From Escherichia phage vB_EcoM_E9: a stretch of DNA of 64,000 nucleotides. Under the pieces are notes generated by a model. That model did no database searches and had not been told where the DNA came from. It was given only the letters and a program-made list of their open reading frames with translations. A program made the translations under genes and the position numbers. Shown piece after piece: positions 1 through 9,073 of this stretch (position 1 is its first letter; the number at the start of each line of letters is the position of its first letter). Where the stretch lies: the sequence record PP886229; one strand, written 5' to 3'.

Positions 1-1050
1 GCCCCCTTAACATTCTCTTAACAATTTCTTAACAATCCCTACATAGTTATGCTTGTTAGAGACTTGTTAGCCCCTTGTTAAATCTCTGTTAAGACCACGT
101 AAAAGCCTTGTAAGAGTCTTTAGCATAGCCTTTAAAGCCTCTGTAAAGCCCTATAAAGAGGTGTCTACATAGTTGGGGTGTAATTACTAGGAAGAGACTT
201 AAAAGAGCTTACAAAGAGCTATAGAGAACTTTTAAGAGGTATGTTTAGAGAATCACTAAGAAAGAGAGGGAACTATAGACCAAGAGATAGTGACCATGTT
301 AATAGCTTGTTAAAAAGATTAAACACTTGTTAGGAATTTGTTAATTATCTTAACAAAATAACTCTTAAAAATTAACTTGTTAGCTCTTATTAGTCATCTG
401 TTAAGACTCTGTAAAACCTATGTATCAACTGTTAAGAAACTGTTACACCCTTGTTAGCTCTGTTAAGAATCTGTTAAGACCTCTGAAGAGATGTTAAGAG
501 GTTGTAAGAACTGTTAAGAGATTGTTAAGGATATTTTAAAATTTTGCAAAGGGGATGTTACAGGGATGTTAAGGGCTACCAAGCAGATATACATCTTCTA
601 CAGATATTTTTGAGTTCCTTCAAAGACCCTAAAAAATGACTTGATAACCCTATTTTATAAAAATTTTAAAATTCTGAATAATTACCTAGACAGTCTTTTA
701 AAAATACAGGCATAAACAGGCTTATAAGATACCTTGTTAGTACCGTGTTAGACCTTGTGAGATAAGGTCTGAAAAGATATTCCTGTTAAGTTTGTTAAAA
801 CAGTCTATATAGAGGCTTAGTAATACCTAGTGAACACCTATAGAGGGTAACATAGCTAACCTAGAGATTAAGAGGTGTATAGGGGCTTCTAAGAGGGTGT
901 AGAGGTGTGGTTAAGGTGATTGTATAGGTTGCTAAGAAGGCTTGTTAGAGGGCTATTTAGAAGGTTTATACAGAGGGCTATTAAGACCACTAGATAGTTA
1001 CTAAGATACTATATAGTACTATATAACTATATATAGAGAGTAAGCTTAAG
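1..1050. repeat. Non-coding region saturated with short direct repeats, core TGTTA(A/G) (CTTGTTAG, CTGTTAAG, ATGTTAAG variants), more than 30 copies
   Basis: No ORF in the track before 1055; motif recurs at e.g. 60-100, 300-350, 400-530, 730-800, 1050-1065. Confidence 0.7.
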
Positions 1051-1074
1051 AAGGATGTTAAGAAGGGTAGATAT

Positions 1075-1083
1075 TTATCCACA
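1075..1083 (+). promoter_or_regulatory. Single DnaA-box-like 9-mer TTATCCACA next to an AT-rich stretch (1110-1160)
   Basis: Exact consensus string; a single 9-mer could occur by chance. Confidence 0.2.
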
Positions 1084-1193
1084 TATGATGGTGACCCAGA
1101 GGTTGGGACAACCGATGAAATTTTATAAAAATTATAAATTTCGTAAAATTTACTCAATAAAAAGCCCCCAATTAAGGAGGCTCTTAAGATATT

Positions 1194-1787
1194 TTAAATC
1201 AGTGTTTCCAGAACTGTCTTCAGTGATGACTTGGTTGTCTGATAAAAATGAGTAAATCCATTGTTGTTATCGAATACCTGCATCATGATATCATCTCCCT
1301 TGATTGGGTACACTCGAATATCATAGTGAAACCCATTAAAGACAGCAGAACCATTACAGAATGAACTAAAGTCATCCACTGAGATATACTCTTCATGTCC
1401 TGTGATTTTTATACAGATACCTTTACTCGGTCTCTTAGGATTGATATCTTCCATCACAGACATACTCTGTCCACCAAGAGATACCATAGTGACCACTTTA
1501 CGGTTCTTCTGTCTAAAGTACATCTTAACTTTCTGTAAAGTGTCTTCATAGAACGGATAAGACTTCTCTACAAAGATTCCTTCAAGTGGCTCTTTACCAT
1601 TTTGAACCTCTCTGTAACCCCGTACTGCAAAGATAATTTGTTCTAACCTATTAAGGCTTTCTTCGTAGAGTGCTCCACGAATATCACTCCAATCAAGGAC
1701 TAGGTAGTTACCTTCAACATCTTTTAAGTTATCTTTTTCCATAGCTATCACACCATTATCGTAAAACTTGGTAAGCTGGAACTGCAA
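1194..1787 (-). CDS. hypothetical protein (ORFan block)
   Basis: 197 aa ORF, part of a co-oriented tightly packed minus-strand block. Confidence 0.5.
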   Translation of the reverse strand: MQFQLTKFYDNGVIAMEKDNLKDVEGNYLVLDWSDIRGALYEESLNRLEQIIFAVRGYREVQNGKEPLEGIFVEKSYPFYEDTLQKVKMYFRQKNRKVVTMVSLGGQSMSVMEDINPKRPSKGICIKITGHEEYISVDDFSSFCNGSAVFNGFHYDIRVYPIKGDDIMMQVFDNNNGFTHFYQTTKSSLKTVLETLI

Positions 1788-2220
1788 ACTTGTTGCCGTT
1801 GTTCTTAATGAGGTCTTCTTCTGTTACTAAGAATGTAATCCCACATAAGTGTGTGTAGTGGCTATCATACTCAAATATTTTAAGTAAGTATTTACCATCA
1901 TGGTAAACAGATTCTACTACACCTTTTGCAACAATCTTTCCAGTCTTGAAGTCTTTAAGGTGGTATACGTTACCAACTTTAGGAACTGTTTTCATCTCAG
2001 GTTCTTTTAGTTTCTCACCAACTTCTACATCACCTAGTAAGTGAGAACTTTCAAAAGCTACATGTTGCATATAAGCCTCTGAGCATTCCCAGATAAAACA
2101 ATGCACAAGAACCTTAGCTGCATGTCTTGAACAATTCAACTTATCACAAATCTCTTTGTACATTTCATCTTTAGTTGAATTGGTAAGCATTGCTTTTCGA
2201 ACGACTTCTTTAATTTTCAT
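1756..2220 (-). CDS. hypothetical protein
   Basis: 154 aa ORF in the packed minus-strand block. Confidence 0.5.
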   Translation of the reverse strand: MKIKEVVRKAMLTNSTKDEMYKEICDKLNCSRHAAKVLVHCFIWECSEAYMQHVAFESSHLLGDVEVGEKLKEPEMKTVPKVGNVYHLKDFKTGKIVAKGVVESVYHDGKYLLKIFEYDSHYTHLCGITFLVTEEDLIKNNGNKFAVPAYQVLR

Positions 2221-2638
2221 AAGCTCTCCGAATAACCTTATTAAGCATCTCTAAAGTCAGCTTTCCAGATTCTAAATGTGGCACAATAAGTTTTAAAGCT
2301 TTTTCAACATCATGCACAACATCTATTATACCTTCTGCATAGGCTTCTACAAGGATATCTTTTACATTTTGTGATTTACCTTTTTGTGGTATCACTAGAC
2401 GCATATCAAACTCATTTGCTTGAGGATGGTTCTTACCTTGCCAATAACCGTCTTTGTTAAAGCTGATGTAGTCACCGTGGTAAAAGTGTACACCATGAGC
2501 TTTAAACTTCTCCAGCACAAGGCATTGAATTGGGTATTCAGTATTCCACTCCCTGACTCCTATAACCTTCACTGTTGCGATGTACTCCTGTGTTTTTGTA
2601 TCTATGATGTCAAGTTCTTGACCAGCTATGATTTGCAT
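2210..2638 (-). CDS. hypothetical protein
   Basis: 142 aa ORF, overlaps the downstream gene start. Confidence 0.5.
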   Translation of the reverse strand: MQIIAGQELDIIDTKTQEYIATVKVIGVREWNTEYPIQCLVLEKFKAHGVHFYHGDYISFNKDGYWQGKNHPQANEFDMRLVIPQKGKSQNVKDILVEAYAEGIIDVVHDVEKALKLIVPHLESGKLTLEMLNKVIRRAYEN

Positions 2639-2692
2639 ATTCGCTACCTTATAAGTTCCTACAAAGGGGCTATCAAGTAACCCCTCAAGTTA

Positions 2693-2917
2693 TTACTCAG
2701 ACTTTTCAGTCTTCTTATCGGATTTCTTACTAGTCTTCTTCTCAGCTTTCTGCTCAGGTTCCTTCTCAGAAGTTGCCTTGATAACCATATCAAGAAGCTC
2801 TGATAAGTCACTCTTCAGCAGAGTAACAGGCTGCTCATTGTAGAAGTTTTTGTCAAGATAAACTTTGAACTCTTCAATAGAAGGAAATCCAAAAATTGGT
2901 ACAGGTGTCTTAATCAT
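2693..2917 (-). CDS. hypothetical small protein with Lys/Glu-rich C-terminus
   Basis: 74 aa ORF. Confidence 0.4.
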   Translation of the reverse strand: MIKTPVPIFGFPSIEEFKVYLDKNFYNEQPVTLLKSDLSELLDMVIKATSEKEPEQKAEKKTSKKSDKKTEKSE

Positions 2918-2993
2918 TACTTAGTTTCTCCATAGGCATCTTTTAAGATTGCCTTGTTAATCATTTCAGCGATTGCAAAACGAACACATACAG

Positions 2994-3497
2994 CTATAAT
3001 TGTAGGTTGCATTCTTTACTTACCTCTTCAAGTTTAACCTCAGAGTCCTTAAGTCGTTTCTTATGAACTCTGAATCTCATTAGTGCGATGATGATACCAA
3101 CTAAAGGAACAGCATACAAGTACCAAACATCATACCCCTTTGCAGTAATCTGTGTAATGGTCAAGTCTTGAGCTATGGAACTGATTGCTGATACTGCCAG
3201 TAATGTTGCTAAGAAAAATGCCAGTACCATTACCGTACTTAAACAACCTCTGGCATGGTGTTCATGCTTAATGCACTTATTCTTTTCGTCAACAACCCTG
3301 TTATAGTCGTTTGTAAAGTCTCTGTAGAAAGCTTTCAAGTATTCTTTATTGTAGCCTTCAAAGCAACCTGTACCGTACCAATAATCACCACCAAAATGTG
3401 CTATGATACCAGTGTCACCATTCGGTTTAGTTACTCTCAAAGAGGTGTGATGACGAGTGTCTTGATAATCTATTTTGTATCTTTCTTCGTAAATCAT
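2994..3497 (-). CDS. putative membrane protein
   Basis: 167 aa; two hydrophobic helices near the C-terminus (LSTVMVLAFFLATLLAV, YAVPLVGIIIALM). Confidence 0.5.
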   Translation of the reverse strand: MIYEERYKIDYQDTRHHTSLRVTKPNGDTGIIAHFGGDYWYGTGCFEGYNKEYLKAFYRDFTNDYNRVVDEKNKCIKHEHHARGCLSTVMVLAFFLATLLAVSAISSIAQDLTITQITAKGYDVWYLYAVPLVGIIIALMRFRVHKKRLKDSEVKLEEVSKECNLQL

Positions 3498-3712
3498 TTT
3501 CTAATCCCTCTCAATCGTTTGTTCCACTCAAGGTCAACAAGTCTTTGTAGTACTTTACCTCTAGGTGTTACACCTTTTAAATCTGCATCATAGCAATGGT
3601 AAAAGTCACCTTCAGCGTGTTTACCATAGCATTTTCTGATGTTCTGACTCCTACGATACTGCTCTAATAGGGACAGTTTGTAGTAATCTTCAACTGTAGT
3701 TAGTTTTTTCAT
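3494..3712 (-). CDS. hypothetical protein
   Basis: 72 aa ORF, stop/start overlap with neighbour. Confidence 0.4.
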   Translation of the reverse strand: MKKLTTVEDYYKLSLLEQYRRSQNIRKCYGKHAEGDFYHCYDADLKGVTPRGKVLQRLVDLEWNKRLRGIRK

Positions 3713-3795
3713 TCTTTCACCACGTATCTTCTCAAGAAACTAAAAAGGGAACTACCTCTCGATAGCTCCCATCATAGTTAATGTTGTATATTCGG

Positions 3796-4377
3796 TCAAG
3801 AGTATTTTTTAGGCAGTAATGCACTGCGCTTGTTGCTCTCTTCACTCAATAGTGCGATAAACTCATCACCTTTCCCTTTCCACGGGCTGAATGTAGGTAT
3901 GTGTTCTCTGATAGCCTCAATCACTGTCTTTAGTGCGTTATTCTTTAACCACCAATCAGACACTGCCGAAGCTACAATGTAATAAGCACCATCATCTGTG
4001 AAGATTGGCTCAGAGATACATGGTGAAATCATAGTTGTAATGATAGAGCCATTATTCATGTAGTATGTTCTTTTTTCAACCTTGTCAAGAAGCTTGTGAA
4101 GGTCTGCAAAGAGACTTACCACCTCTTTATGGTCAATATCTTTTTCAAGATTTGCTCTGTACTTTAATAGTGCAGCATCAACCTCTTTATCATTGAATTT
4201 GAAGTACTGGACTTCTTCATTCACACATACACTGATATTGTTAGTGTTTATCGTCAATTTGCACAGTTTGACTGGAGAGTTGATGTTGGTCTGAAAAAGT
4301 GCTACACAGCCTTCTACATTTCCGAAATGTTTTACTAATGTAACTTCTGGTTGGATGTGTTCATGCTCTTCTGACAT
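3796..4377 (-). CDS. hypothetical protein
   Basis: 193 aa ORF. Confidence 0.5.
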   Translation of the reverse strand: MSEEHEHIQPEVTLVKHFGNVEGCVALFQTNINSPVKLCKLTINTNNISVCVNEEVQYFKFNDKEVDAALLKYRANLEKDIDHKEVVSLFADLHKLLDKVEKRTYYMNNGSIITTMISPCISEPIFTDDGAYYIVASAVSDWWLKNNALKTVIEAIREHIPTFSPWKGKGDEFIALLSEESNKRSALLPKKYS

Positions 4378-4721
4378 TATAGTTTCCTCATTAAATACTT
4401 TTTAAGTTGTGTGTTAGGTTTCTCAAAAACTTCTATAGAAGATATCTTGACAGACTCACCACGCATACCTGTATGTTTAAATATATAATACTCTAACATC
4501 CCTATGTACTTTGCTGGTAAGTCATACTTAACGTACACCGTTACAGAATCCTCAAATTCAACAACCTTTGTACCATCTTTGTAGTTAAACTCTTTAGGGT
4601 GGTTGTAATTGTCGATGTCGTACATTAAAAAGAGTCTTTTCCGTTGCATGTCGAGCTTGTTGGTTAAAGACTCTTTGATATCTGAGAAGTTTTTGTACAC
4701 TGTGACATGGAGATTACTCAT
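4377..4721 (-). CDS. hypothetical protein
   Basis: 114 aa ORF. Confidence 0.5.
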   Translation of the reverse strand: MSNLHVTVYKNFSDIKESLTNKLDMQRKRLFLMYDIDNYNHPKEFNYKDGTKVVEFEDSVTVYVKYDLPAKYIGMLEYYIFKHTGMRGESVKISSIEVFEKPNTQLKKYLMRKL

Positions 4722-5007
4722 CGTTAAACTCTCTGACGAAGAAATAGTTGACTTTATTATTACCTACCATAAGGTCAAAGCAGGTATTCTCAAAAGGTTT
4801 GTTGTAGGCATCGTATGAAGTGTACGTATCAGCTACTTGTTTAGTATTGAGCTTTTTACTTGATGGATTTAAGAGGCCACCATACAGTTTCTTGATAGCC
4901 TCTTCTACAACAGACCAGATGATTTCGTCAGTAATTTCTTCGTACAGGTCAAGTTCACGCTCTAGTGAGAAGTCACAAATAGGGAAAATAACCTGTACTT
5001 TACTCAT
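4714..5007 (-). CDS. hypothetical protein
   Basis: 97 aa ORF. Confidence 0.45.
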   Translation of the reverse strand: MSKVQVIFPICDFSLERELDLYEEITDEIIWSVVEEAIKKLYGGLLNPSSKKLNTKQVADTYTSYDAYNKPFENTCFDLMVGNNKVNYFFVREFNDE

Positions 5008-5408
5008 TAACGAATAACCTGTGTGACTTGAATTGCTTCAGTTACGGACAAATCACCTACTTTCTCTTCTTTGATAAAAGTGAAGGTGAGTTCAACAGGT
5101 TCTTCCTCTTCTTCTTCTTGCTCAACTGGAATACCGTTAAGCTCATCAAAGATTGATTGGGTAGTCCAGTCTTCTCCACCATCTGGATAGTGGATGGCAT
5201 AAAGAGGAAACTCTAAATTATACCAAGCAAAAACAGGACAACCGTCTGCATCATCTCGGCATCTGTGGAGGTACGTATTTGTACCTTCAAAATGCAAATG
5301 AAGATTGCCATTCTTCTCAAATAGAAGAGCATCTCGCAGGTCTAGTTCCTTATTTTCGCTGTAACGACTGACATCAACTTTAACGTGGATATGACTGTTA
5401 TTATTCAT
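5007..5408 (-). CDS. hypothetical protein with poly-Glu stretch
   Basis: 133 aa ORF, EQEEEEEEP run. Confidence 0.5.
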   Translation of the reverse strand: MNNNSHIHVKVDVSRYSENKELDLRDALLFEKNGNLHLHFEGTNTYLHRCRDDADGCPVFAWYNLEFPLYAIHYPDGGEDWTTQSIFDELNGIPVEQEEEEEEPVELTFTFIKEEKVGDLSVTEAIQVTQVIR

Positions 5409-5799
5409 AAAAACCTCTCTCTGCTTGTTCGATTTTTGCTCTTAAAGTTTCGCAATGCTGTAAATGGTAGTTAGCTTCTTGTTCATGTGTTGCTAACTGC
5501 CTTTCAAGAACAGTTTTATAGTAACCTGCAAGTTGCTCTTTTGTCAATGGGTGCTCTGAAATAATATCAAGTCCACTTTCACCAAGAGGATTGAATTGTC
5601 CATGCTCATTGACATTGTAAGTCTCAAACTTGAACATACCATTGTTCACAGACTCAATAGGTGACAGTTCAACAAGCTCTACAGTAAACCGTGTATACAC
5701 CTTGTCGCCTCTTGAAACTACATTGTTTCCAATGATGCGTACAAGTGAACCGTTACGAGTGTACTTAAAAGTCCCAAAGTCACTAGCCCAAAGTTTCAT
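5401..5799 (-). CDS. hypothetical protein
   Basis: 132 aa ORF. Confidence 0.5.
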   Translation of the reverse strand: MKLWASDFGTFKYTRNGSLVRIIGNNVVSRGDKVYTRFTVELVELSPIESVNNGMFKFETYNVNEHGQFNPLGESGLDIISEHPLTKEQLAGYYKTVLERQLATHEQEANYHLQHCETLRAKIEQAERGFYE

Positions 5800-5824
5800 A
5801 GTTTTCTCCTTAGAAAATAAAAAA

Positions 5825-5840
5825 GGCTCCCGAAGGAGCC
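5825..5840 (-). terminator. Rho-independent terminator hairpin (GGCTCC-CGAA-GGAGCC) with U-run on the minus strand
   Basis: Perfect 6-bp GC-rich stem; A-run 5813-5824 on plus strand. Confidence 0.6.
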
Positions 5841-5850
5841 TATGAAGATA

Positions 5851-6315
5851 TTACTTTGGATATACACTGTCAAGATAAATGTCAGCTTCCATTCTACGTC
5901 TGTTTTTCAAGCCGTTTGAAGTGACCTTCTCACCTTTGACTGTAATCTTGTTCCACCACTGCATAGCTTCTGCACAACCTACCTTATTACCAGCATTGTG
6001 GCGCTTGATAAATGTAGAATCCTGCATAGCTGTGATACCGATGTTGTATGTTTCACTTACAAGTGCATCGAACTCATTCTGAGAAGTAGGAACCTTGATA
6101 GCTTTGTTCACTGCTGCAACAAACTTTTCAACATCTGCGAGAAGATACTGTTCAGCTTGTTCAGCAGTAATTTTCATACCCATCTTAACAGGTTTTCCGT
6201 CAATACGGATTGTGCCATACCCAATTGTTGGGATTCCGGCAGAGTCTTTGTAAGCCTCTAACTTCAGACCTTCAAAGAACTTAATAGCTTCTAAACCTTT
6301 TCTTGAGAGTTGCAT
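5851..6315 (-). CDS. phage lysozyme (GH24, T4-lysozyme-like endolysin)
   Basis: 154 aa; N-terminal E-x8-D-x5-T catalytic-triad spacing in FEGLKLEAYKDSAGIPTIGYGT. Confidence 0.8.
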   Translation of the reverse strand: MQLSRKGLEAIKFFEGLKLEAYKDSAGIPTIGYGTIRIDGKPVKMGMKITAEQAEQYLLADVEKFVAAVNKAIKVPTSQNEFDALVSETYNIGITAMQDSTFIKRHNAGNKVGCAEAMQWWNKITVKGEKVTSNGLKNRRRMEADIYLDSVYPK

Positions 6316-7448
6316 TATGCCTCCCCTGTTGGGTTAACTGTAACTGTTGCCGCATTAGATGTTACAGAGCCACCTGCACCAGTTACTACACAAGTGTAAG
6401 AACCTGCATCAGCAGCAGTTGCACCTTCTTTGGTGTAAGTTGCAGCAGTTGCGTCTGGGATGACTTCCTCACCTTTCTTCCACTGGTAACCTGTTGCACC
6501 AGTTGCCACAACATTCAGCGTTAAGGTCTCACCTTCAGTGATTTCTTGATTTGCTGGCTGTTGAGTGATTACAGGAAGAGCATTCACAGTAACTGTCGCT
6601 GCATTAGATGTGACTGAACCACCTGCACCAGTTACAACACAAGTGTAAGAACCTGCATCTGCTGGAAGCGCACCAGTCTTGCTATAGGTAGCATTTGTAG
6701 CTGAAGGGATGTTAGAGCCATCTTTCTTCCACTGGTAACCTGTTGCACCTATTGCAGTCACTTCCAAGTTGATGTTTCCACCCTCATTAATGGTCTGACT
6801 AGAAGGTTGCTTGGTAATCACTGGTAGTGCATTAACAGTAACTGTTGCCGCATCTGAAGTAACACTTGTTCCAGCCTCTCCAGACACAACACAAGTGTAT
6901 GAACCAGCATCAGAAGGTGCTACGGATTGTTTTGTGTAAGTTGCAGAGGTAGCACTGGAGATGTCCTCACCACCCTTCTTCCACTGATATCCAGTGGCGT
7001 TAGTTGCAATAACACTTAGGGTAAGTGTTCCACCCTCATTGACCGTTTGGTTTGTTGGTTGTTGAGTAATTGCTGGTGGCTTAATAGCATCCTTCAGCTT
7101 AGCATTCAACATTGAGAAAGGTTTAACTCTTGCCAGCCATTCACAGTAAATTGTGTCAACATCTTTACCGTTGATGATTGCATACTGTAAATCCATGAAG
7201 AAATCAGCAGTCCTCATCTGTGCACCAACACTGTAAAGGAGTTCATCACTAAAAGGGACTTTGTAGTCTGGTTTGTAGTCAAACTTCTCAACCTCTGCGA
7301 TATCAGCTTCAGGCCAATATGAACTATAGGTAAGTGGTAAAATAGCCTCTTGATATGTTCTAAAATCATATCTCTTACCAGCCTTTACATTTGCAATGAA
7401 GCCCTTTACAAATTCTTTGAAGTCTGGATAAGTCTTTGCTTTAATCAT
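6315..7448 (-). CDS. Ig-like domain protein (three tandem Ig-like repeats) with N-terminal domain paralogous to the next gene
   Basis: 377 aa; three ~80 aa repeats each ending ATGYQWKKG...DAGSYTCVV...ATVTV; DNA shows three ~250 bp tandem repeats. Confidence 0.7.
   Translation of the reverse strand: MIKAKTYPDFKEFVKGFIANVKAGKRYDFRTYQEAILPLTYSSYWPEADIAEVEKFDYKPDYKVPFSDELLYSVGAQMRTADFFMDLQYAIINGKDVDTIYCEWLARVKPFSMLNAKLKDAIKPPAITQQPTNQTVNEGGTLTLSVIATNATGYQWKKGGEDISSATSATYTKQSVAPSDAGSYTCVVSGEAGTSVTSDAATVTVNALPVITKQPSSQTINEGGNINLEVTAIGATGYQWKKDGSNIPSATNATYSKTGALPADAGSYTCVVTGAGGSVTSNAATVTVNALPVITQQPANQEITEGETLTLNVVATGATGYQWKKGEEVIPDATAATYTKEGATAADAGSYTCVVTGAGGSVTSNAATVTVNPTGEA
6330..7060. repeat. 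Three tandem ~250 bp coding repeats encoding the Ig-like domains
   Basis: Near-identical stretches such as CCACTGGTAACCTGTTGCACC recur at ~6480, ~6725 and ~6975. Confidence 0.7.
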
Positions 7449-7816
7449 TTCTTTTTAGCCTCTAAACGTGCGTTTAATCTGAAATAGCCTTTATGTTGTG
7501 GAGACACATCACCAACAACAATACCTTCAACTTTATAACCCTTACCGATTACATACTGGATATCCATAAGAAACGTACCAAGCCCAACAATGTGGAACAT
7601 TGGGTATAGTAACTTATCTGAATCTGGAAGTTTGATGTCTGGGTTATAGGTAGGTTGCTCGGCAGTTGGTGTAATATCCTCTTCAGGCCATCTACTCATT
7701 CTCCATGTTAAAGGTGATGAAATAACATCGTTAAGATTGTATTTTTCACCATTCTCCACGGAGCGGATATAGGATTGTAGGAAGCAATAAAAGTCTTTTG
7801 CACTCTTAGCCTTCAT
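7445..7816 (-). CDS. hypothetical protein, paralog of the N-terminal domain of the Ig-like protein
   Basis: 123 aa; shares the WPE(A/E)DI...FMD(L/I)QY(A/V)I motif pattern with the 6315-7448 product. Confidence 0.55.
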   Translation of the reverse strand: MKAKSAKDFYCFLQSYIRSVENGEKYNLNDVISSPLTWRMSRWPEEDITPTAEQPTYNPDIKLPDSDKLLYPMFHIVGLGTFLMDIQYVIGKGYKVEGIVVGDVSPQHKGYFRLNARLEAKKK

Positions 7817-7838
7817 TAAATATCCTTATAAATAGATA

Positions 7839-7854
7839 AAGGGGCGTTAGCCCC
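7839..7854 (-). terminator. Hairpin AGGGGC-GTTA-GCCCCT downstream of the 7864-8454 gene
   Basis: Perfect 6-bp stem; T-rich tract on minus strand. Confidence 0.4.
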
Positions 7855-7863
7855 TGTTTATAC

Positions 7864-8454
7864 TTAAGCTTTGGTCTTAAGTAGGTTCTTAAGCTTTTTG
7901 AGATTCATGCTCTCGTCAAACTTAAAACCAAATCCATTGACATAATCAATGAACTCGGATTTCTTACTAAGTGATAGTGCGTAACTCATATCAAAGTTAT
8001 TACTTGTTTCTGCGTCTGGACTAGAGTTCACATCAAATGAAATTTCTGTAGGTTCTTGTTTGCTGCTTCTCATATTATCAATCAATAGACAGGTATAGTT
8101 TGCTGGATAGAAGTTAACACTCCCGTCAACATACCCATACTTATTATTGTGAATGAGACTGGAAAATACCTTAAGAAATGTTTCTGAGTCGTGGCATACA
8201 AGTTTGAATTGACTACATTCACCAAGAGCCACTAAAGAGTAAGGGCTTTCACTATCAATGTCATAATTCGGATTTGATGTTGTAACCGTCACACGCATCA
8301 GGTTATTGGCAATAGTCTTCTGCTTAAAAGAATTTGGAACATAGTGAAGACCTCTGTCACACTGGTTAACCAACTCTTTCAATAGGTCGTTTGCATATGG
8401 TGAGTTAATTGATACAGAGCCATCACTATTGTAATTAAAACTTACTGTTAACAT
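7864..8454 (-). CDS. hypothetical protein
   Basis: 196 aa ORF. Confidence 0.5.
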   Translation of the reverse strand: MLTVSFNYNSDGSVSINSPYANDLLKELVNQCDRGLHYVPNSFKQKTIANNLMRVTVTTSNPNYDIDSESPYSLVALGECSQFKLVCHDSETFLKVFSSLIHNNKYGYVDGSVNFYPANYTCLLIDNMRSSKQEPTEISFDVNSSPDAETSNNFDMSYALSLSKKSEFIDYVNGFGFKFDESMNLKKLKNLLKTKA

Positions 8455-8681
8455 TTTTCAGTTCTCCTGCGATTTATAATTTTGCTGCAATAGAGAAACG
8501 AAGTAAACTCACTGGAAGAAACCATTAAGTGTTGTTCACTAGATTGAGCCATTGCCCTGAAATACATTCCAGTCAAAGCATCATAGTGACTATTCTTTCC
8601 AATTGAGGTTATATAGCCATGACTCTTTGCAGTTTGATATAAATCTATAATATCTGCGATTTCTAATTGGGAACTACACAT
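8448..8681 (-). CDS. hypothetical protein
   Basis: 77 aa ORF. Confidence 0.4.
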   Translation of the reverse strand: MCSSQLEIADIIDLYQTAKSHGYITSIGKNSHYDALTGMYFRAMAQSSEQHLMVSSSEFTSFLYCSKIINRRRTEKC

Positions 8682-8845
8682 AGATAATCCTCTTGTCTTC
8701 TGTAATTTTGAAAGAACAGGTACAGACCAATTTCAGAGGATGAATAGTAGAGTAACTCTACCCTTTTTGATTCCTTACAGTGATTGGTATTTTTACCTTT
8801 CTTCGGGTTATTTGATTTTCTCATTAAGTCTCCTTTGTAGAACAA
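8663..8845 (-). CDS. hypothetical small basic protein
   Basis: 60 aa ORF, first gene of the minus-strand block. Confidence 0.3.
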   Translation of the reverse strand: MFYKGDLMRKSNNPKKGKNTNHCKESKRVELLYYSSSEIGLYLFFQNYRRQEDYLCVVPN

Positions 8846-8923
8846 GGCAGACCTACAGCTTTAAGTAAGATGGTACAGTAATCCATACAACAAGTCAAGA
8901 ACTATTGCAAGTTAAAAAAGTTG

Positions 8924-8946
8924 TTGACAAAGTACTTGACAAGGTG
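8924..8946 (+). promoter_or_regulatory. Conserved double-TTGACA element TTGACAAAGTACTTGACAAGGTG in a divergent promoter region
   Basis: Near-identical 23-mer recurs at 51031-51053; both sit where gene orientation switches from minus to plus. Confidence 0.5.
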
Positions 8947-9073
8947 TAGGCTTATAAATACTTAGAAGATAACTTAAAAGGTTCCTCTAAAAAGGCTATT
9001 TAAACAGATATCTTTCTGGATATCTATCTTTTATCTTAAAAGCCTTTTAAGAGGTCTTATAAGAGGCATACCA

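Noticed and set aside
1075-1083. DnaA-dependent replication origin
   Set aside because: Only one consensus DnaA box was found; a single 9-mer is expected by chance in 64 kb, so it is kept as a low-confidence note.
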